From contig CAWJSK010000001.1 in NCBI GenBank assembly GCA_963845535.1, forward strand, positions 37,396-101,395: DNA of 64,000 nucleotides, given 5' to 3'. Both the position numbers and the translations under genes were made by a program. The DNA comes from an uncultured Spirochaetota bacterium (GTDB lineage: Bacteria; Spirochaetota; Spirochaetia; SZUA-6; Fen-1364). The notes below the pieces were generated by a model. The model had not been told where the DNA came from. It saw only the letters and a program-made list of their open reading frames with translations, and searched no databases. Numbering within the stretch: position 1 is the stretch's first letter; each line of letters begins with the position of its first letter. Shown one piece after another: positions 59,629-64,000 of this stretch.

Positions 59629-60010
59629 CTATCCCCTCACACGCGTGGGTCTTTTCCAACAGCCGGGAGGCCTGCGCGCAGTCATCGACAAAGGCACACA
59701 GCCCTTTTTCACTTTCCGTGAAATCACTGATGAACGCAGAGAGATCATCCACGAGGTCCTGCCCCTTGTCCACGAGGGTCCGCGCGTTGCGGCCGCACAT
59801 ACCGCAAAGCTCTGCAATTGCGTCAAGGGGAACATCTCCTGAGGCCCGGGAAAACGCAGCTCGAGCATCTCGGAAACCCTGCGCGATCTCGGCGACGCCA
59901 CAGCGGATCTGCCGGCATTTCTCTTCGAGGTCGGTGACTCTTCTTTCAAACTGCTTGAGCTCCCGTGAAAGGATCTCGACGAGCCGTTCGGAGTCCAGCG
60001 GTGCTGCCAT
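59561..60010 (-). CDS. hypothetical coiled-coil-like protein
   Basis: Starting at the ATG at 60010: MAAPLDSERLVEILSRELKQFERRVTDLEEKCRQIRCGVAEIAQGF.... The C-terminal end overlaps the nuclease remnant and looks non-native. Confidence 0.35.
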   Translation of the reverse strand: MAAPLDSERLVEILSRELKQFERRVTDLEEKCRQIRCGVAEIAQGFRDARAAFSRASGDVPLDAIAELCGMCGRNARTLVDKGQDLVDDLSAFISDFTESEKGLCAFVDDCAQASRLLEKTHACEGIAIFPRSPGASPLPPPGTSRTRA

Positions 60011-60118
60011 TTCTTTCTGCTCCAACCTTGACCGCCATGACACGGCCATGAAGCAGAGCACTTGTTGCTAACCGGATAGTATACGCAGAGGGAAAAATCC
60101 GCAACTGAAAAAAGAATT

Positions 60119-60577
60119 TTGAGCCATCTGCGTAGTCGCTACCATCCGATGGCCGTTTTTCCGTGGAATTGGCCCCGTTTTCGGAAAAAGATGCCCCTCG
60201 CGGTCGATATCGTGCTACGACGGAGTCGCAACAAAAACCGTGCACAAGACCTGGGAGGGGCGCCATCGTTGATGAAAAAGCTGGAACAGGAACGCGATCA
60301 GGGCGGAGACGACTATCCGATCCGCTGGATGTGGAACGCGCTGGTCTCCGGGGTCGTCTTCCAACATCCGACGGTGGAGGCGCCGCTGCGGGAATTGAGG
60401 CGCAGCGGCCAGTTGCGCCAAGTTTGCGGCTTTGATGTGGCCAAGGGGCTGGGAGCAGTTTGCCCGCAGCATGAGAACAAGGGCCGACGGGTCCCGAGAC
60501 GCGGCACAGCGCAAAATCCTCATTTTTCGAATTTCTTGACAGCGCTTCGGTGCGGATTTATACTGAGGCTTCGATAA
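60119..60577 (+). mobile_element. remnant of an IS5/IS1182-type transposase gene (DUF772-like N-terminal region only)
   Basis: YPIRWMWNALVSGVVFQHPTVEAPLRELRRSGQLRQVCGFD... fits the pattern l.lk.l....s.R.l...l......fcGf seen at transposase N-termini. No DDE domain and no terminal repeats found. Confidence 0.35.
60536..60564 (+). promoter_or_regulatory. near-consensus promoter, TTGACA-17 nt-TATACT, upstream of the Mrp-like operon
   Basis: Read directly from the sequence. It lies inside the transposase remnant, 107 nt before the first mrp-like gene. Confidence 0.5.
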
Positions 60578-60670
60578 TGTGCTCGCGTGTGCTGGAGTAA
60601 GTCAGTCACCTCGTTCCAACAACAGCTAACCCCGCCGCGAATCTGAAGTTCAACAGAAGAGGGTTATTGT

Positions 60671-61168
60671 ATGGCCGTACAGGCACTCGTGCTGGCCAGC
60701 ATGCTCCTCTGCGCCGTCCAGGCTATCAGGTCTGATCGACTTCTGGTCTCCGCGCTCTGGCTCGCGGGCTGCAGCGCCCTCCTGGGATTGACGCTCGCCC
60801 TGCTCGGCGCCCCGGAGGTGGGGGTCATAGAGCTCTCCGTCGGAGCAGGGCTGGTAACTGTCATATTCGTCTTTGCCATCAGCATAGCGGGGGAAGAGCC
60901 CGCGTCATACCGCAGCCTTGTCCCGCGCTGGCTTGCCCGTGTGCTCATGGGTCTTTTTCTCTTCCTTCTGGTTTTCCTTGCCGTGCCGCGCGCTCTCTCG
61001 CCGGTCCTGGCCCCGCAGTCCTTGTCCGTTGTTCGGGCAATCTGGGAGGTCCGCGCCCTGGACACCCTGTTGCAGGTAACCCTCATCTTCTGCGGAGTGC
61101 TCGGCTCACTGGGACTGCTGGCAGAGCCGCGCGCGTCTGCCTCTGTGGCAAAAGGGGGCGCACAGTGA
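60671..61168 (+). CDS. fused DUF4040 (MbhD/MrpA-C-like) and MnhB/MrpB-like membrane subunit
   Basis: LGAPEVGVIELSVGAGLVTVIF matches the DUF4040 motif gAPDvAlTE..VGaG. The second half, with RALDTLLQVTLIF, resembles the MnhB DTlgE motif. Confidence 0.7.
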   Translation: MAVQALVLASMLLCAVQAIRSDRLLVSALWLAGCSALLGLTLALLGAPEVGVIELSVGAGLVTVIFVFAISIAGEEPASYRSLVPRWLARVLMGLFLFLLVFLAVPRALSPVLAPQSLSVVRAIWEVRALDTLLQVTLIFCGVLGSLGLLAEPRASASVAKGGAQ

Positions 61169-61479
61169 GCGGAATTTCAGTCTGGAGCATCTCCCTGGTC
61201 GCCGTCTTCGCCCTTGTCATGATAGGGATCTACGGCCTTTTGATCCTGCGCAACCTGATCAAGATCGTCGTTTCGCTTCAGGTATTCGCCAAGGGCACCA
61301 TCCTTGTCATGGTGGTTGCCGGTGGCATGCAGGGGCAGCCTGCCGTGGGGTCCAGCCTTGCCGTCACCGTCATCGTGGCAGACACCGTGGTGACCGTGAT
61401 CGCGTTGGCGCTTGCCATCCAGGTGCGCCGCTACTGCGGCACCCTGGATTCCCGCGCCATCTCGAGCTTGAAGAGATGA
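61165..61479 (+). CDS. MnhC/MrpC (NuoK-like) subunit
   Basis: 104 aa with three TM segments. MIGIYGLLILRNLIKIVVSLQVFAKG is typical. Start and stop both overlap the neighbouring genes. Confidence 0.8.
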   Translation: MSGISVWSISLVAVFALVMIGIYGLLILRNLIKIVVSLQVFAKGTILVMVVAGGMQGQPAVGSSLAVTVIVADTVVTVIALALAIQVRRYCGTLDSRAISSLKR

Positions 61480-63239
61480 GCATGGATACTTCACTTCTTT
61501 TCCCGCTCGCCATCTTCCTCCCGTGGATCGGCGCTCTTGCCGTGCTGGCGATGGGGCGTCACGGAGGGCTTCGCACTGCCCTGGCCATCGGGTTTGCCGC
61601 TGCTGACGGCCTGGTCAGCCTTGCGCTCATCCCGCTTGCGGGAACCGGCACCACGTTCTCCGTGCCCCTCGGGGGGATATTCGGCGACTTCAGCCTTGTT
61701 GCCGATGGCCTCGGGGTGTTCCTTGCCGCCGTGGCCGCCGTGGTCGGTTGCCTGGCGGTCGTTTTTTCGGTGGACTACATGCGCGGGGAGGAGGGGCTGG
61801 GCCGCTATTACGCGCTTGTACTGTTCTTCATTGGCTCCATGGTCGGGCTTGTTCTCTCCTCGAACCTTCTGGTGATCGTGGTTTTCTGGGAAATCACGGC
61901 GTTCTGCTCTTATGCCCTCATCTCGTTCCATAGCGACGACCCCAAGGCGGTAGCCGGAGGCATCAAGGCCCTCATCGTAACGGGGCTGGGCGGAATCGGT
62001 CTTCTTGGCGGCTCTTTCCTGATCTATGCGCAGATTGGCAGCTTCGATCTTCAGCAGTTTCTGGCCAGGGCATCCCATGTGCCCTCCGGCGTTCTGGCCT
62101 GGGTCGCTTTCTCGTTCCTCGCCGCCTCCGCGGCAAAATCGGCCCAGTTCCCGTTCCAGACCTGGCTGCCGGACGCAATGGAGGCCCCTACCCCGATTTC
62201 AGCCCTGATCCACGCGGCCACGATGGTGAACGCGGGAGTGTACCTGCTGGCGCGCGTGTTTCCGGCGTTCAGCGGCGTCCCCGGGTGGTCCACAACCGTC
62301 GTCATGGTGGGTGCCATCTCCGCTCTCCTTGCGGCCGTCATGGCCATCGCATCGACGGACCTGAAGCGCGTTCTCGCATATTCCACCGTCAGCCAGCTGG
62401 GCTTCATGGTTTTCTCAATAGGCGCGGGAGGCATCTTCCAGAGCCAGTTCCATCTTCTCAGTCACTCTCTCTTCAAAGCCTTGCTTTTTCTCGGCGCAGG
62501 CGCCGTCATTCACTCTGTCGGGACGCGGGACATGCGGGCAATGGGCGGCCTGTCCCGCAAGATGCCTCTCACCTGCGCTGTGTTCGTGGTGGGCGCGCTG
62601 GCCCTGGCCGGCATTCCTCCCGTCAACGGCTTCTGGAGCAAGGAGCTGATCCTGGAAGCCGGTCAGCTGCATGCGCCGTCCCCGGCATATCTCGTCATGC
62701 TGGCAACCGTCGGTTTGACAGCGCTGTACAGCGCACGGTGCGTCTGGATGGTTTTTTTCGCCCCCCCCGTTTCCGAGCCTCACGCGCACGAAGCGGGCCC
62801 TGCAATGCAGACCGCGCTCATTCCGCTTGCGGCCGGGACCCTTGCAAGCTGGCTTCTGGCCGGGCCGTTCATGTCCCTCCTGGTCCGTACGCTGCCGCTG
62901 CATTTCGGCTCCAGCCCGCGGGTCCAAAGCACGTGGGAAATGGCGCGTGAGGTCCTCCATTCCACCGGGACCTGGCTCGCCATGCTGGCGGTGGCCATGG
63001 GCATGCTTCTCTGGATTCTCTGGAGGCTATTTGTGCCCGCGCCTTCACGGCTGGAGCCGGCGCGCAAGGGCGCTGAGGCGGGTCTCGGGTTTGAGAGCAT
63101 CAACCGGGGCATCACGCGCGCAGTGCAGTGGTCCGGGGAGAAGCTTCGCGTGACGCAATCCGGCATCATCAACTGGAACGTGGCCGGAATCGTCATAGCC
63201 GTGGTGGCCGTCCTGGCCGTGCTGGCAGCGGGAGGTTGA
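61476..63239 (+). CDS. MrpA/NuoL-type proton-conducting antiporter-like subunit
   Basis: FWEITAFCSYALISF, KSAQFPFQTWLPDAMEAPTPISALIHAATMVNAGVYLLAR and SQLGFM. Confidence 0.88.
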   Translation: MSMDTSLLFPLAIFLPWIGALAVLAMGRHGGLRTALAIGFAAADGLVSLALIPLAGTGTTFSVPLGGIFGDFSLVADGLGVFLAAVAAVVGCLAVVFSVDYMRGEEGLGRYYALVLFFIGSMVGLVLSSNLLVIVVFWEITAFCSYALISFHSDDPKAVAGGIKALIVTGLGGIGLLGGSFLIYAQIGSFDLQQFLARASHVPSGVLAWVAFSFLAASAAKSAQFPFQTWLPDAMEAPTPISALIHAATMVNAGVYLLARVFPAFSGVPGWSTTVVMVGAISALLAAVMAIASTDLKRVLAYSTVSQLGFMVFSIGAGGIFQSQFHLLSHSLFKALLFLGAGAVIHSVGTRDMRAMGGLSRKMPLTCAVFVVGALALAGIPPVNGFWSKELILEAGQLHAPSPAYLVMLATVGLTALYSARCVWMVFFAPPVSEPHAHEAGPAMQTALIPLAAGTLASWLLAGPFMSLLVRTLPLHFGSSPRVQSTWEMAREVLHSTGTWLAMLAVAMGMLLWILWRLFVPAPSRLEPARKGAEAGLGFESINRGITRAVQWSGEKLRVTQSGIINWNVAGIVIAVVAVLAVLAAGG

Positions 63240-63240
63240 C

Positions 63241-64000
63241 ATGCAGTGGCCTGCCTTCGTCTGGCTCATGCTGCTCCCCATTGTCTCCTCTCCCTTTGTC
63301 TACATCGTGGGACGGCTCTTCCAGAGAACGCTGGAAGGTCCGGCAGCCGGGGGAGGCATTCCAACCACGCACCTGACCGGACGTACCGGCAGGCATTGGA
63401 GATCGAATCCCGTCCGATGGATCAGCTTCGCAGTGCTGCTTTTCACTTTTGTGCCGTTCGTCATGGCGTGGCGTGACCTTGCCCAGGGGAACGTCGCGCA
63501 ATTCTCCTACGGAATCATATCGCTGCGCTTTGACGGAATCAGCCTTCTTCTGGCTGCCGCGGTGCTGTTCCTCGGCATTCTTGTCTCGCTGTTTTCCGGT
63601 CCCTACATCGGTCACGAGGGAGGCCAGGAGAAATATCATTCCCTGCTGAACACGATGATTGGCGCAATGATCGGCCTGGGCTGCGCGTCTGACCTGTTCA
63701 ACCTGTGGGTATGGTTTGAGACTGCCGCGGTAGCCTCCTACATGCTTGTGTCGTATCACGCGCAGCAGCCATCGAGCCTCGAGGCCGGGGTGAAGTACCT
63801 TGTGCAGAACTCGGTGGGCTCCATGCTCGTCCTCATAGGAATCGGGCTGGTGTTCGCACAGGCAGGCACCCTGGACCTGCTGTCGTTGAAGGCGCTGGCC
63901 GGCGGCGCCGGCCCGGGAAACCGGCTTCTCGTGTCCATGCCGCCTGCGGCCGCGGCTGTCCTGGGGAGCTCCCGGCTTCCGCTTCTTGCTGCAGGTGCGC
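63241..64000 (+). CDS. MrpD/NuoN/NuoM-type antiporter-like subunit (5' part; continues past window end)
   Basis: Absent from the ORF track. My translation from the ATG at 63241 gives MQWPAFVWLMLLPIVSSPFVYIVGR...FDGISLLLAAAVLFLGILVSLFS...SDLFNLWVWFETAAVASYMLVSY...KYLVQNSVGSMLVLIG. Confidence 0.8.
   Translation, partial: MQWPAFVWLMLLPIVSSPFVYIVGRLFQRTLEGPAAGGGIPTTHLTGRTGRHWRSNPVRWISFAVLLFTFVPFVMAWRDLAQGNVAQFSYGIISLRFDGISLLLAAAVLFLGILVSLFSGPYIGHEGGQEKYHSLLNTMIGAMIGLGCASDLFNLWVWFETAAVASYMLVSYHAQQPSSLEAGVKYLVQNSVGSMLVLIGIGLVFAQAGTLDLLSLKALAGGAGPGNRLLVSMPPAAAAVLGSSRLPLLAAGA

Overview
High-GC bacterial chromosomal segment. The 16S rRNA contains strings such as CAGCTAAGAATCTTCCGCAATGG that look spirochaete-like to me from memory; this is unverified. 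Supporting hints are a groEL with no adjacent groES, a ThrRS without a TGS domain and a dual cyclophilin-FKBP PPIase. I see no prophage, CRISPR array or recognisable defence island, so the content is core and housekeeping. Gene order: (1) TetR-controlled operon with a LolA-like protein, a beta-barrel protein and a MacB-type ABC transporter. (2) Asparagine-synthase-like amidotransferase. (3) Probable compatible-solute locus: gpgS, a GT4-like transferase, a HAD phosphatase, an M20-like protein and a CPA2 antiporter. (4) Two tandem paralogous small membrane proteins. (5) Two ClC channels flanking a wHTH gene and an OmpA-lipoprotein gene. (6) pdhABC-lpd. (7) PHP-ACT-ACT protein and the dual PPIase. 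(8) Orphan trpB2, zwf-opcA-pgl, birA and groEL. (9) yajC-secDF, tkt and a 5'-3' exonuclease. (10) MGDG-synthase-like GT28, thrS and two CDP-alcohol phosphatidyltransferases. (11) A 16S-tRNAAla-23S-5S operon. (12) The start of an Mrp/Mbx-like membrane module. The most interesting signals are RNA-level and none is in the ORF track. The first is a 25-codon leader peptide with four consecutive Trp codons and mutually exclusive hairpins in front of trpB2. The second is a T-box leader in front of thrS. Other points: at least five single-base frame disruptions in conserved genes between 35.6 and 46.7 kb (assembly indels versus real decay), an iteron-like repeat array abutting a promoter, and gene remnants flanking the rRNA operon. 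All calls come from reading the translations and sequence by eye; no database search or folding program was run.
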